Shown in pieces: positions 27,999-41,763 of a stretch of DNA of 64,000 nt. Source of the DNA: Octopus sinensis (taxonomy: Eukaryota); NCBI RefSeq assembly GCF_006345805.1, contig NC_043009.1, forward strand, positions 34,534,001 to 34,598,000, read 5' to 3'. Made by a program: the position numbers and the translations under genes. The notes under the pieces were generated by a model. The model saw nothing but the letters and a program-made list of their open reading frames with translations, was not told the DNA's origin and did no database searches. Within the stretch, counting starts at the first letter, position 1. Every line of letters begins with the position of its first letter.

Positions 27999-28419
27999 TA
28001 CAAACACACACACACAAACACACACACACATTTGTATGTAGGGAACGTATCAATCTAATTTAGTGACTCAGTAAATCTATATGGATGAACAACGGTCCCA
28101 TAATTCTGCACAGATAAAATGTGGAGGTAAATTTATACGTATGGGGGAAATCCTAAATTTGGATAGAACATTTCGTTCAGGTTTTGTGTTGGCATGAAAT
28201 GCATAAGTTGAAGATAGACAGACAAACAGACAAGCAGATAGATAGTAGAGATAGAGGAGAGAGAGAAAGAAAGAAAGAAAGAGAGAGAGGGAGAGTGTTA
28301 ATGAAATTTACTATCAGATAAATATCACTTAATGACGAAGGGTGCAACCCGCAGTATCCCACATCTCTACTGCATGCTGATGTACTCCTCAGTTGAACAG
28401 TTTGTGTTCTTTTTCTTCA

Positions 28420-28876
28420 GGCGCAGGAGTGGCTGTGTGGTAAGTAGCTTGTTTACCAACCACATGGTTCCAGGTTCAGTCCCACTGCGTGGCATCTTGG
28501 GCAAGTGTCTTCTACTATAGCCTCGGGCCGACCAAAGCCTTGTGAGTGGATTTGGTAGACGGAAACTGAAAGAAGCCTGTCGTATATATGTATATTTATA
28601 TATATGTATGTGTGTGTTTGTGTGTCTGTGTTTGCCTCCCTAGCATTGCTTGACAACCGATGCTGGTGTGTTTATGTCCCCGTTACTTAGCGGTTCGGCA
28701 AAAGAGACCGATAGAATAAGTACTGGGCTTACAAAAGAATAAGTCCCGGGATCGAGTTGCTCGATTAAAAGGCGGTGCTCCAGCATGGCCGCAGTCAAAT
28801 GACTGAAACTTACTACATGTTGGCTACAATCAGATAAAAACCTGACAAGCATATTTAAAAGAGTAAAAAGAGTAAA
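28420..28876 (+). mobile_element. Full-length SINE family A with a ~46-bp insert before the tail
   Basis: Same head and body as other copies; tail aaaagagtaaaaagagtaaa. Confidence 0.92.
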
Positions 28877-29413
28877 CCATCACAAGCGATTCTATTCCCT
28901 TGGATCTTATTGTTTGTCATAAGTCTTTAAAAGTGTCTCCGTAAACTCTCTCTTTAACTGTCTATACACAAGTGTAGTCATAATCTAAATATATGTTGTA
29001 GTGACCCATAAATCTACATTTGTAAGTAGTAAATGTAAACCCATGTAAATCTCGCTCTTAATTCCGCTTACTCTGCTACAGCGATGGCAAACAGATATAC
29101 ATACAGGAAAACATATTTTACTAGAAGTTGAAGCTTTTTGAGTGGCTTTTGATGTGTTGATTATTCAAATTTTGAAGTGGTGAAACGAGAATATTAGAAA
29201 ATACATCGAATTATAATTGGTCATGCGATTTGATGAGTTGTTAAAAAGAAAAAAGAAAAAAAAAACATTCACGCATCTATCTATTTAATTGTCATAAGCA
29301 GAATATATCGTGTTTCATTTTTCACATGCAAAACACATGATATTTTCATGTTTTCAATATCACTTGCGTGAAATACACAAAAGCAAAGAAGGTGGCTACT
29401 GTAAATGCAGTTT

Positions 29414-29834
29414 GCGAAACAGGCAGTATGGAAGACAAGGATGAAAGGGATGATAACAGGCGACTTCATCTCTGGTTCAGGTCTGGTGGAATATTTTAAA
29501 TTCCACCTGAAAAGACATATAGAACTAGAGAGGAGGAGCCTGAGCAAGAAAGTGTTTGATGAAAGGTGGAAAAATGTGGTGAGTAAAAGATCCCTCACAA
29601 ATACGAGATAAGTCGTAAAAAAGAAAAACATAAGGTTAAGTGTCGTGGCGGGGAGCGAGGGGTCCGTAGACCCGCCCCACTACATTTTGTAAAGCTGTCC
29701 TTGTAATTGTTTTATCATACGAACTTTAAATTCATTATGCATTTTTAATCGACCCCAGAAAAGCATTTTATTGTTGTAATCATTCGTGATTGTATTGTAT
29801 GTTCTATGTCGCCCCTAGTGGGTAATAAAGAAAT
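29414..29834 (+). mobile_element. 5'-truncated L1/Tx1-like LINE 3' end
   Basis: 17-bp TSD tactgtaaatgcagttt (29397-29413, 29835-29851); ORF end AKQAVWKTR...FKFHLKRHIELER...FDERW; terminal AATAAA. Confidence 0.8.
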
Positions 29835-30455
29835 TACTGTAAATGCAGTTTTAGTACTGATGAATAAAACTGAATATTGCTTTCAATATGTGAACATCCT
29901 CCAGGCTATGACAAATTATATTAAAATCAAGCTACTTTTTCCTCTTGGTATTTAAAAACATCTCAATAAATTTCAGTGTAAATGTCTTCACTATTTCACC
30001 AATTCTGACCTTTTCTTTAAAATTTCGAAAGGCTGTAAAAGGATATTATACTTCTTCGAGAAATAAAGATCTCAGCATTTGGAACTATTAATGTAGGGTG
30101 CGGTGAGTGTAGTTCTCTAAATTTGAAGCACTAACCATAGAAATCTAAATTTAAATATTGTTTTTATAGCTAGGTAATCTATCAATAACCTTAAAATTAT
30201 TAATATTCTTCATTTCTGGTTCTTCAGATAATTATACTCGTCCACTTATATTGATTGTTCCAGTTATTAAATAAAAACATTAGACTCCACCTCTTGTATC
30301 AAGTTCCCTTTTACTTAAATGCTTTTAATACCTTATCTAAATTTATATAGCGCTCTCTCCCTCTTCCTCCTCTCTTTCTATATTTATATTAAACAATATT
30401 AAACATACATAATACACACGCATGCACACATGTTATATTGACTTCTACATACATT

Positions 30456-30543
<88 letters not shown>

Positions 30544-30852
30544 GTACAAAATGGGACAAGAACGTAAAACACCCAGAGAATTAGGTGATACAAGAAAGGG
30601 ACCACAAAATATCCAGATAGACGATACAAAGAAGACAAGGACGGGTCATTCGGAGTTTTCTTTCCTCAGTCGAGTTCCAGATTATCTCTGCAATTTCGGC
30701 TGGTTATACTCGAGATTGCTCCAATCTGGCCATCCCAAAGGAAAAACTTAGCTAAGAGCATTAGATTCCTTGGAAGAAAGCAGTGAATATATACGAAAAC
30801 AAGGACGGTAAAAACGGAGAAAGTTACACAAATACAAATAACAGGACATAAC

Positions 30853-30853
<1 letters not shown>
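30544..30853 (-). mobile_element. Short microsatellite-embedded repeat carrying a conserved structured motif
   Basis: Homologous to 53770-54085; lies between TA and CA arrays. Confidence 0.65.
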
Positions 30854-30919
<66 letters not shown>

Positions 30920-31721
30920 GCTCTGTTTACACTGCCTCGTTAGGACGTTCTCTCACACAGCGCTCAGCCAGCCAAGGGATTTCAGGACAAGTGTAGTTTA
31001 CGATAACTAACCTATCTATTACGGCAGATTACCAGCATGTACCGGTACCTTCTGTGACTGGCCAGTTCGTGTCAGTCAGACCAATGACAATAAACCTTAC
31101 AGTTACCGTTTATTTTAAACATTTACGGACAGGGTTTCTTGAAAAGCTTCAAGTTGTCACTCTTTTATATGTAGCAGCACTCTCACTGAGTGAACATTAA
31201 TTTCCAGCAACTGTGCTGCTGTGAGAGAATACAGTGTAACCGAAAAGATGGTAAGAATTTTCGAGATTAAAGAATTTGGAGATTAAAGGAAGACATATTA
31301 AGGAGTATTATAGTAGGTAATTCGCAATATTTGGCCACTTTTTGGAAAGAACTAGATAAAATTTTAAACAACCATGACTGCCGAATTGTTGCATACAAAT
31401 TTACTGATCGAAGCACAATGCTTTTGAAAAACAAGATAAACAGAGACTTCGAGGGTCGCTGGGGAAGCTACAGCTCACCCGACCCCTTTAGCTGTGAACC
31501 TCGCGCCTTCTGCACTTCAGATATTTGCTTCGAAAACGTAGGGTAGTCTTATACAGTAAGTATAGCTCAAAACGCACTTTTTAAATGGAAATTCTAGGGG
31601 TCATCCTGTATAGAGTCGTATAATACTCCGGCATATGCGATATATATATACACATGCACACACACGTGTGTGTGTGTGTGTGTGTGTGTGTGCATTATAT
31701 ATATCTTTATGTATCGTTTAT

Positions 31722-32085
31722 CGTTTACTTGTATCAGTCATTAGATGCGACCATGCTGGAGCACCGCCTTGAAGGGTTTAGTCCACTTCAGTACTTATTT
31801 TTTTCCTACGCCTGGTACTTATTCTATTGGCTTCCTTCTGCCAAACCGCTGTGTTACGGAGGATACAAACGAACCAACAACGGTTGTCAAGCAGTAATGG
31901 GGAATAAACAAAAAGACAGACAGATAGATATATAAATATCAGTTTCCGTCTACCCAATCCACTCATGTGGTTTGGTTGTCGGGTTGGGCTGTAGTACAGG
32001 ACGCTTTTCCCACGTGCCAAACGGTAAGACTGATCATAGATCCATGTGGTTGCGAAGGAAACTTCTCACCAAACGGCCATATCTG
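31722..32085 (-). mobile_element. Degenerate SINE family A
   Basis: ccatgctggagcaccgcc and cagtttccgtctacc blocks. Confidence 0.75.
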
Positions 32086-32087
32086 CA

Positions 32088-32545
32088 CCTCTCTCTCACT
32101 CTCCTCTCTCTCTTTCTCTCCTCTCTCTCTTTCTCTCCTCTCTCTTTCACTCCTCTCTCTCTTTCTCTCCTCTCTCTTTCACTCTCTCTCTTTCACTCCT
32201 CTCTCTCACTCTCCCCTCTCTCTTTCTCTCCTCTCTCTTCTTTCTCTCCTCTCTCTCTCTTTCTCTCCTCTCTCTCTCTTTCTCTCCTCTCTCTCCTTTT
32301 CTCCTCTCTCTCTTTCTCTCCTCTCTCTCTCTTTCTCTCCTCTCTCTCTTTCACTCCTCTCTCCTTCTGTCCTCTCTCTCCTCTCTCTCTTTCTGTCCTC
32401 TCTCCTCTCTTTCTTTCCTCTCTCTCCTCTCTTTCATCTCTCTCTTCCTCTCTCTCATCTCTCTCGTCCTCTCCTCTCTCTCTTTCTCACCTATCTCTCG
32501 CATCTCTCTCTCTCTCTCTCATATCTCCCTCCTCTCTCTCTCTCC
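32088..32545. repeat. CT-rich polypyrimidine low-complexity tract
   Basis: Direct reading. Confidence 0.95.
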
Positions 32546-32957
32546 ACATACACGTCTGCTCTCGTGCGCACGCGTATGCATTTTCCTCCTGCTATTTTTT
32601 ATGAACTAATTTGATGAATGTGTGTCGTAAAACAAACCATATTTCCTTCTGGCCGTTAGGCGTCAGTGTTTTGTGATCTCAATTAGTAAATAATGTGTTA
32701 GTTAACTTCTGACTAGATGTTTCCGACAGCTCTTGGAAATTCAGAGTGAAATGAAAAATTGCCATATCCCAGCTGTCTCCCATGTTCTTCAGAGACAGTA
32801 ACATCATCATCATCATCATTGACAACAACTGACAAGAACAGTTCGTTCATTTAATGTTCATTGAAGAAAATAAATTGGCTTTTTTTATGAAACTATTTTC
32901 ATTTAGTGAAAAATAAATCACTCATACATCAACTTCACAAAACAGTGTGTGTGTGTA

Positions 32958-32997
<40 letters not shown>

Positions 32998-33160
32998 TGT
33001 GTGTGTGGCAAGCTTAACCAGTTGCCTTCTTAGACACAATCAGCTGACATTTTGGGTAACTTTACTGGATTTTGCACTGCTGCAAACATTCGGGCTAGAT
33101 AGATGTTTGGTTTGAGGATATCACACTTCCCTCCCAATCTTCATTTAACAAAAAAAAAAA

Positions 33161-33211
<51 letters not shown>

Positions 33212-33257
33212 CACCACCACCACCACCACCACCACCACCACCACCACCACCACCACC

Positions 33258-33304
<47 letters not shown>

Positions 33305-33344
33305 CATCACCACCACCACCACCACCACCACCACCACCACCACC

Positions 33345-33394
<50 letters not shown>

Positions 33395-33416
33395 ACCACC
33401 ACCACCCACCACCACC

Positions 33417-33463
<47 letters not shown>

Positions 33464-33544
33464 CACCATCACCACCACCACCACCACCACCACCATCACC
33501 ACCACACCACCACCACCACCACCACCACCACCACCACCACCACC

Positions 33545-33585
<41 letters not shown>
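33161..33585. repeat. Compound (CTA)n/(CCA)n microsatellite
   Basis: Alternating blocks, direct reading. Confidence 0.95.
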
Positions 33586-34697
33586 AAATGTAAAGCAATA
33601 ATCATAAGAAAATTCCTTCTTCCTGATGGAAAACTAGAAAGAAGAAATAGCCATGTTAGTGGTAATAACAGCAAGAACAAGGATAACGGCAATAAGAACA
33701 AGGATAACCACAGCAACAGAAATCGTTAAAACTGCATAAAAAAAAAGACAGTCATTCAGCTGGATGTTACTGAAACAACCACAGTTTCATCAATAATGAT
33801 AGCATCATCTCACCGCCACCACTCACAAAAACAATAGTAACGATAGCATCAACAACAGCCGCAGCAGCAACAGTAGCAATCCATCGAGTGCGCTTCAAGG
33901 TGGTTATTCAACTTACCAAAAATAGCAGCTAAATGTCACCAAGTCTCAAGAAAGGAAAGAATATTATTGTAGATAATGTTGTTTTAGAAACGTTTAATAA
34001 ACGGGATGGTCATGAATGGAATATAATTTCTCATGCATCTGCACAATCAGAATTAACCTGGGGTTAAGCAACAATAATAACATCAATTTTTCTCTGATTT
34101 TTCAGTTTTTTACGTGAACAAGTTCTTAGAATTAGAATTTTAGCAATGGAAAAAGAAAGAGAAATATACGTAAAAATGTAAAATTGAGACGAAAATTAAA
34201 AGAGAAAAACTACGTGAAATATTTTGAAGTCTGAAAGGAAATAATTTCAAGTTGATATTTTTTAATTTAATTTTTGTAAGGTAGATATATATATATTTCT
34301 TTATCATTTGTCGATGATGATCACGACTTTGAACGGGGTTGTAGATGTGTAATGGACCAAAGAATGGTGATTGTTCCCGCTTATACACCACCACCTGTCT
34401 GCAAATGGAAGCGAGTTGTGAGATTTCAACGTCGCAAGTTGCAACCATCATAGCGAAAGATCCGACTTCCATTTTGTGATTCCAAGAAAAATACGCCAGT
34501 TTCGTCTAAAATCATAATTTGCGAACGACCTAGGTTTAAGTGGGAGACCTTGACTAGCATCATCCATTCTTCATAATCTCGAATTATCTGAATCCAGCAG
34601 CAAGACATAATAAAAACGGAGGAGAAATGAGCAGATGCAGAAGTTGCTAAAGGTTTAGCAGAGTTTGATAAGAAATCGTCTGCGAGACGGGGCACCG

Positions 34698-35032
34698 GAG
34701 ACCCCCTTCGGTCATGAATGACCATGGGATTGCACCTAGAAAGTTACCCTCCTAGACACAAGTCCGGGCGAGGTTGTTTATGGAAGACCAGCAGTCGCCC
34801 ATGCATACCAGCCTCCCCTCTCCACGCCACCAGTGTTATCCAAGGGAAAGACAAAGGTCGATACAGCTTGGCACCAGTGACTTCGCAACTCATTTCTACA
34901 GCTGAGTGAACTGGAGCAACGTGAAATAAAGTGCCTTGCTCAAGAACACAACACGCAGCCCGGTCCGGGATTCGAGCTCACAACCTCACGATCGTAAGCT
35001 CGACGCTCTAACCACTGAGCCATGCGCCTTCA
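34698..35032 (-). mobile_element. tRNA-derived SINE, family C
   Basis: Minus strand head GGCGCATGGCTCAGTGGTTAGAGCG...GCTCGAATCCC, then tgtgttcttgagcaaggcacttt central domain. Confidence 0.85.
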
Positions 35033-36331
35033 CTTATTTATATAAGAGTTGTTGTCTTACCCTTCTATCCATAACCCTCACAAGTTAGTAAGACCATTTT
35101 ACTCTTAATTGGAGATCTAGCAATGGCAGTCGTGTGGGGTCTGTATTCTATACGGATATCCTGACTAGAACTAAGGCTCTATTACTTCCATTTGTCTTAC
35201 TGCACGTTCGGTAAGACAACGTGCAGTAAGACTGAATGTTGTCTTACTGAATGCTTGTATGTCTCCGCTCAGGAATATTTGATAGTCCTGTCCTATATAT
35301 GGCTGTATAGGTGTGCGCATGTGTGTGTACAGTTAATTTTAACAAGTTCCTCCATATGTTCTGACATTCAGTGCTGGATTTTATGTTGGAAAAAGTTTTT
35401 ATCTCTATTAGACGTTATGTGTCAAAACACGGCATTGATTCCATGTGGCGTCAAAATCCTAAGTTGCCAAAAATGATGAATGAATGCGGTAAACCAGCTG
35501 AGTGGGATCAGAAATGACGTAACCTTATTTTCAACAAAAAGGAGCTCCATGGAAAATCTAAAATCTGAACTTTAACCAATATCAGCAATGAACTAAATTG
35601 CTTCTTTATATTTTTTATTTTTGAAAACATCAAAATCCGTACAAATCTAAGTTAACAGTAAGAACTACTGAGGCTGACAGACTTTTTGGCTGCTAGTATA
35701 TTTATAAATAAACTAAGTCTGAATGATAAAACTAAACGTACATAAGACCGGAGACGTCGATAAAACAGTAGATGATTTTTGAAAGACTATTTTAAAATCG
35801 AAGCCAAAATTCTCTTTACGATTAAATTAGGAATTAAATTAAAAAATAGTTAATACAAGTTACTCTAAGGTTTGCTTATTAATACAAAACAAAGCCATCA
35901 AGTTTTCCCTTTTTTAATAATAATATTTATGTTATGAAAATAGAATAATCTCTCAAAGAGGCTAAATATTGTGAAGAAAGTTAAATTCCTTTGCCATATG
36001 AAATTCTTAGCTTTGTTGAAAATCGATTAACAGTTAATAACCGGTTATGAAAACTCCAGATGATTATTACCCAGTTACACATTTCCGGTTAATTTTGAGC
36101 TTTCGTCATCAATCGATTATTTTTGTCTGTAACCAGCGTATGTTGGCTTTGTGTTTATTTAAGTCTTATACTATGCTGTGAGTATTTATTCCCGTCACTA
36201 AGTATCCTACTTTCTGGGGGTATTCTCTAGAGTGTAGATGTATTATCCTTTTATGTTTTCCTATCTAGTAGTGCAATGCATTACACATGGTGTAAGTGCA
36301 TAGTGATCACCTACTAAAAATACACGAACCA

Positions 36332-37520
36332 CACATAAAATGTATTATATGCATGATATATTACCTAAAATGTATCATATGCCTTATATATTACATAAAA
36401 TGTATCATATGCATAATATATTACATAAAATGTATTATATAGGCGCAGGAGTGGCTGTGTGGTAAGTAGCTTGTTTACCAACCACATGGTTCCGGGTTCA
36501 GCCCCACTGCATGACACCTTGGGCAAGTGTTTTCTACTATAGCCTCGGGCCGACCAAAGCCTTGTGAGTGGATTTGGTAGACGGAAACTGAAAGAAGCCC
36601 GTCGTATATATGTATATATGTATGTGTGTGTGTTTGTCCCCCTAGCATTGCTTGACAACCGATGCTGGTGTGTTTATGTCCCCGTCACTTAGCGGTTCGG
36701 CAAAAAGAGACCGATAGAATAAGTACTGGGTTTACAAAGAATAAGTCCCGGGGTCGAGTTGCTCGATTAAAGGCGGTACTCCAGCATGGCCGCAGTCAAA
36801 TGACTGAAGCAGGTAAAAAGTGAGTAAAGAGATATGCATAATATATTACGTAAAATGCATCATATGCATAATATATTACATAAAATGTATTTTATGCATA
36901 ACATATTACGTAAAATGTGTTATATGCATAATATAGTACATAAATGTATCATATGCATAATATATTACATAAAATGTATCATATGCATAATATATTACAT
37001 AAAATGTATTTTATGCATAACATATTACGTAAAATGTGTTATATGCATAATATAGTACATAAATGTATCATATGCATAATATATTACATAAAATGTATCA
37101 TATGCATAATATATTACATAAATTGTATTTTATGCATAACATATTACGTAAAATGTGTTATATGCATAATATAGTACATAAAATGTATCATATGCATAAT
37201 ATATTACATAAATTGTATTTTATGCATAACCTATTACGTAAAATGTGTTATATGCATAATATAGTACATAAAATGTATCATATGCATAATATATTACGTA
37301 AATTGTATTTTATGCATAACATATTACGTAAAATGTGTTATATGCATAATATATTACATAAAATGTATTTTATGCATAATATATTACGTAAATGTTATAT
37401 GCATAATATATTACATAAAATGTATCATATCCATAATATATTACGTAAAACGTAATATATGCATAATAAATTACATAAAAAGTATTATATGCATAATATA
37501 TCACAGAAAATGAATTATAT
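36332..37520. repeat. AT-rich ~29-30-bp minisatellite (ATATGCATAATATATTACATAAAATGTATC) interrupted by a SINE
   Basis: Contiguous tandem units without unique spacers; variant units recur in order. Confidence 0.92.
36442..36831 (+). mobile_element. Full-length SINE family A inside the minisatellite
   Basis: Head, body and tail match other copies. Confidence 0.92.
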
Positions 37521-38213
37521 GAACCAAATAAATGTTGAATAGCAGAGTATATAAAAAATCTCGCGAAGCAACTCCGAATTCGCTACACCTAACGATTAAT
37601 ACAAACGATGCCAAAAATATCCCTTATACAAAGACATTAGAAATAAAACCACACATCAGGAGCATATAAACCCACAAAAAAAGATAATAATGATTAATGA
37701 CATTTTATCACAGCTATGAACAGGAATTGCCCTGCTGAAATAGCAACGGAATAAGTGAAGTAGAGTAGAAGCCACAAGAAGCAGCTGAAGACTCAGAGCA
37801 TCACAGAGAACTAATTTTGCTGAGCTGCCGTACTCACAATTATTTAAGGAGTGTAATAAGATTACTTTTGGATATAACTTTTGCAAGTAGTCCATCGCTC
37901 CCACGGATCTGGTGTAGCTTTTATCGAGCACTGACAATCTCTATGAAAGATAATCCCTCAAGAGGATGACGAAGCTATAAAAGGAAATACTGGACTGAAA
38001 TAAAATGGAATAAAGTAAGAATGCGGTAATAATATGCCGATCAAACAGGCGGCGGCGTCCTCAGTAGGTGGTGTGTTCTTAAAAGATTTGTAATTTAAAA
38101 GGATTTCACCAGACGAAATCATTGCGCGCATCTATACACATATACACATACCTATGTACATACATTCAAACATACCCAGAAATATACACCTCCCTCTCTC
38201 TTATATGTATACA

Positions 38214-38244
<31 letters not shown>

Positions 38245-38508
38245 CACACACACACACATACACACACACACACACAAACATACACACACACACTTGTACA
38301 GACACGCACATATAACATATATTCACACTAAAATCAACGCTGCGACTGTTCCTCCATACACTAAAATTTATACGCACTAATCTATGCACCAGCTATGGTT
38401 AAATATGCGCGAGTTACATATATTTGGAAACACCACAATCTACGATATTAAGCATTGAATATAACAACAGGAACAGCTAAAGTACGAGAACAAAAACCTA
38501 TATATATA

Positions 38509-38671
38509 GGCGTAGGAGTGGCTGTGTGGTAAGTAGCTTGCTTACGATTTACATGCTTCCGGGTTCAGTCCCACTGCGTGGCACCTTGGGCAAGTGTCTT
38601 CTACTATAGCCTCGGGCCGACCAAAGCCTTGTGAGTGGATTTGGTAGACAGAAACTAAAAGAAGCCCGTCG

Positions 38672-38713
<42 letters not shown>

Positions 38714-38966
38714 ATTATATATATATATATATGTATGTAGTATGTATGTATGTGTGTGTATATGTTTGTGTCTGTGTCCCCCAACATCGCTTGACAACCG
38801 ATGCTGGTGTGTTTACGTCCCCGTAACATAGCGGTTCGACAAAAAGAGGCCGATAAAATAAGTACTAGGCTTACAAAAGAATAAAGCCTGGGGTCGATGT
38901 GCTCGACTAAAAGGCGGTGCTCCAGCATGGCCGCAGTCAAATGACTGAAACAAGTAAAAAAAAAAA
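38509..38966 (+). mobile_element. Full-length SINE family A
   Basis: Head, body and tail match; expanded internal (TA)n. Confidence 0.92.
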
Positions 38967-40857
38967 GAAAAATATACATTCGCATAAAAATATTCACTCC
39001 ATGACCCTTCTATCACTCGTGTAGAACAACACACAAATACACACTAACGCACTCACCATATACTGCTTGTCTATTATAAGCACTGTGAGAAAGCAAGAAA
39101 CTAACACACATACTCCAGTTTGGTCGTCCACCTGGACGCTTCAATGACTTCACTCAAACACGCCATGCATCACAATCCCCCATTCATATTCTTAATTTGT
39201 CAACATTTGCCATTCCACTGTCCAAATAGGTTAGACGTTTTCTTCCCCTGTTGATTCTTCCTTCAATTGACTGTCATAAGACCAGTATTGACTGTCATAA
39301 GACCAGTTGACACACAGGTTCTTCTAGGTGCCTGACGCAATGAGCAGCAATTCTCATACTCCAGCACAGACACTTATACACATACACGTTCGTATGCGCA
39401 CCCATTATATACACACATCACACAGCTCCTCTGTTAAAGCACCAAACACACATAAATCCGTAAAAAAAAATAGAGTCAAACAATCCAAAATATATTCAAC
39501 GCTCAAAATAGCTAGAAACACACATATACATATGTTCGTAGATAGGTACATATATGGGTAGATTCTTACACATTCTACATCCAGTTGCTTCTTCTCGAGT
39601 TTCGTGTTTGAAACCCTGCTTTCTTCCACTTCCGGACATTTCTAATATGGCGTACGTGAAAAAATGTATAGATTTTCCTCCCTATTTTTTCTTTCCGATA
39701 TTTTCTATCATCTTATTCTTTATTTTTCTAATCTTTCTTAAAATTAAGGGACACGACCATCACGTTGAAACATTTCCTTTCTATATCTGAGCGTCACATT
39801 AATTTCTAAACTTACATCAAATTTTATCTTTGCCGTTTTTCTAGCGGTGTCATATGAAATTGTCACCCATAATTATGACCCTAGAATCGATCTATTGCAT
39901 TTCAATCTATTTTAGATTTAGGGTTAGTTAGGGTATCTTTTTTTATTCCCAAATGTAAATAAACCCAATGTGTTTCTTAAATGAGGGACATATTTATACG
40001 GCACAGAATGTTTTCACCTCAATAGACGGTCATTGATTGGTTGAAATTGCCGAAATGCAAGAAATTAAAGACCAAATATGTTACAAACTATAGAATTTTC
40101 TCAATAAAGCCAAGAGAAAAAGATGTTTTATAAACACATTCTACCAGTATACGAAGTTAAAAATTTTTTAGTTACCTAGAAATTATGTTAAAAAACTGCC
40201 GTTCAAAACGAAAAGATCTATATTCTTTATTCTTTTATTCTTTTACTTGTTTCAGTCATTTTGACTGTGGCCATGCTGGAGCACCGCATATATTTATATA
40301 TTTATATATATTTATATATATATATATGTACGTACGTGCATATGTGACTAGTTGATCTTTGTCTAAGCTTCTTCAACAGAAGAATATTGAGGGCTGTTTC
40401 ACTATTGCAAATAAACTTTAAAAATATGAGAACAATGACACGCATATACAGACATACGGATAAGCATGAACACACATGTATATGCACACATGCGAGTCAA
40501 CAGTTCCCACATGTATACACACTTAATGCGTTCTAATCGCACGTGGAGTGGAATAACAACAATCGGTTGACAGAATTTTCCAGAATATTCTGCTGGAATA
40601 TCGTGGCATCAGACATTTTTGCTCCTTGCTTTTGCCTTCAGTTTTGTTATGGTTTTTGTTGTTGTTTTTTTTCAAGCTTTACTCGATCCCATCAATAAAT
40701 GTTAATTATTAAGTCGATAATGCAATTAGTACCAAATTAAAAGAAGAACAATTAATTTCTGTGTAGCACAACAAAATATTTTATTACGTTCTTTCTTCTT
40801 TTCCCGTCACCTAAATTTTATGCAATATTTCTTCTTTTATTCTATCGTCGCCGTCGT

Positions 40858-40909
<52 letters not shown>

Positions 40910-41019
40910 CCATCACCATCATCACCATCACCATCATCACCATCACCATCGCCATCATCATCATCATCATCATCATCATCACCCCCATCATCATAATCAT
41001 CATCATCATCATCATCATC
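40858..41019. repeat. (CAT)n/(CAC)n microsatellite
   Basis: Direct reading. Confidence 0.95.
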
Positions 41020-41721
41020 GATATTTCCTCCTCTTCCTTCTCTCCCCCGCCTAATCCATTTCCTTACAGTTTATCAGCATTCTAGCCACCATCACCACCA
41101 CCACCACCACATCCAGCCCGCCATTATCACCACACGCTCATTCTTTCCATGAGCACCATTTTTCAGCCTTTCCCCTTCCTTGACCTCCTTTATCCTCCCA
41201 TTCCTCCCCTATCTACCTTGGCCAATGGAGTTATTCCTAACACAGTGTTCATTTACTAACAATTTTTTTTACAAAGTGACAAACTTAGAATAGTGTGAGA
41301 GAGTTGTACGGCGTGGGAGGAGGGTGATGGTTAAAGTAGTAGGAGGTGAGAGAATTGGAAAGAAAAGGACGTAAGCACTGTGTGGAGGAATGAAGAGAGA
41401 GGTATTGTGCTGGAAGGAATGGTCAGAATAATGGAATAATAAATTTCGCAGTTGAGAGATAAAATGAAAAGTTCGGTAAGCCGTGAGGTCTGCGATGTAA
41501 AAATGGTAAAGAGAATTGAAACAGAAAATGTAGTAATATACGTTGGTGTGGAAAGAAGGGTGAGAAGATGAGATTGGAACAGCTAAGAGATGTAATGTCT
41601 ATAAGAACTAAAAATTCTAAAGAAAGCCATATCTAAACAAATACATATAACTACATCAACGTACATGTACACATACATACACAGTTACACACACGCACAC
41701 ACACACGCAAACACACACACA

Positions 41722-41763
<42 letters not shown>

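Noticed and set aside
30655-30730. Reading the unknown motif as a permuted hammerhead or group I-like core
   Set aside because: GAAA is GAGG in copy 2 and pairs within a hairpin, stem II is absent, and P7-like pairing is imperfect; kept only as an unclassified structure
36332-37520. Regular ~30-bp repeats resembling a CRISPR array
   Set aside because: Units are contiguous with no unique spacers, there are no cas genes, and the context is eukaryotic; it is a minisatellite
37781-37830. CTGAAGA followed by a ctcag/ctgag stem
   Set aside because: Lacks GAAA and stem III; ordinary hairpin
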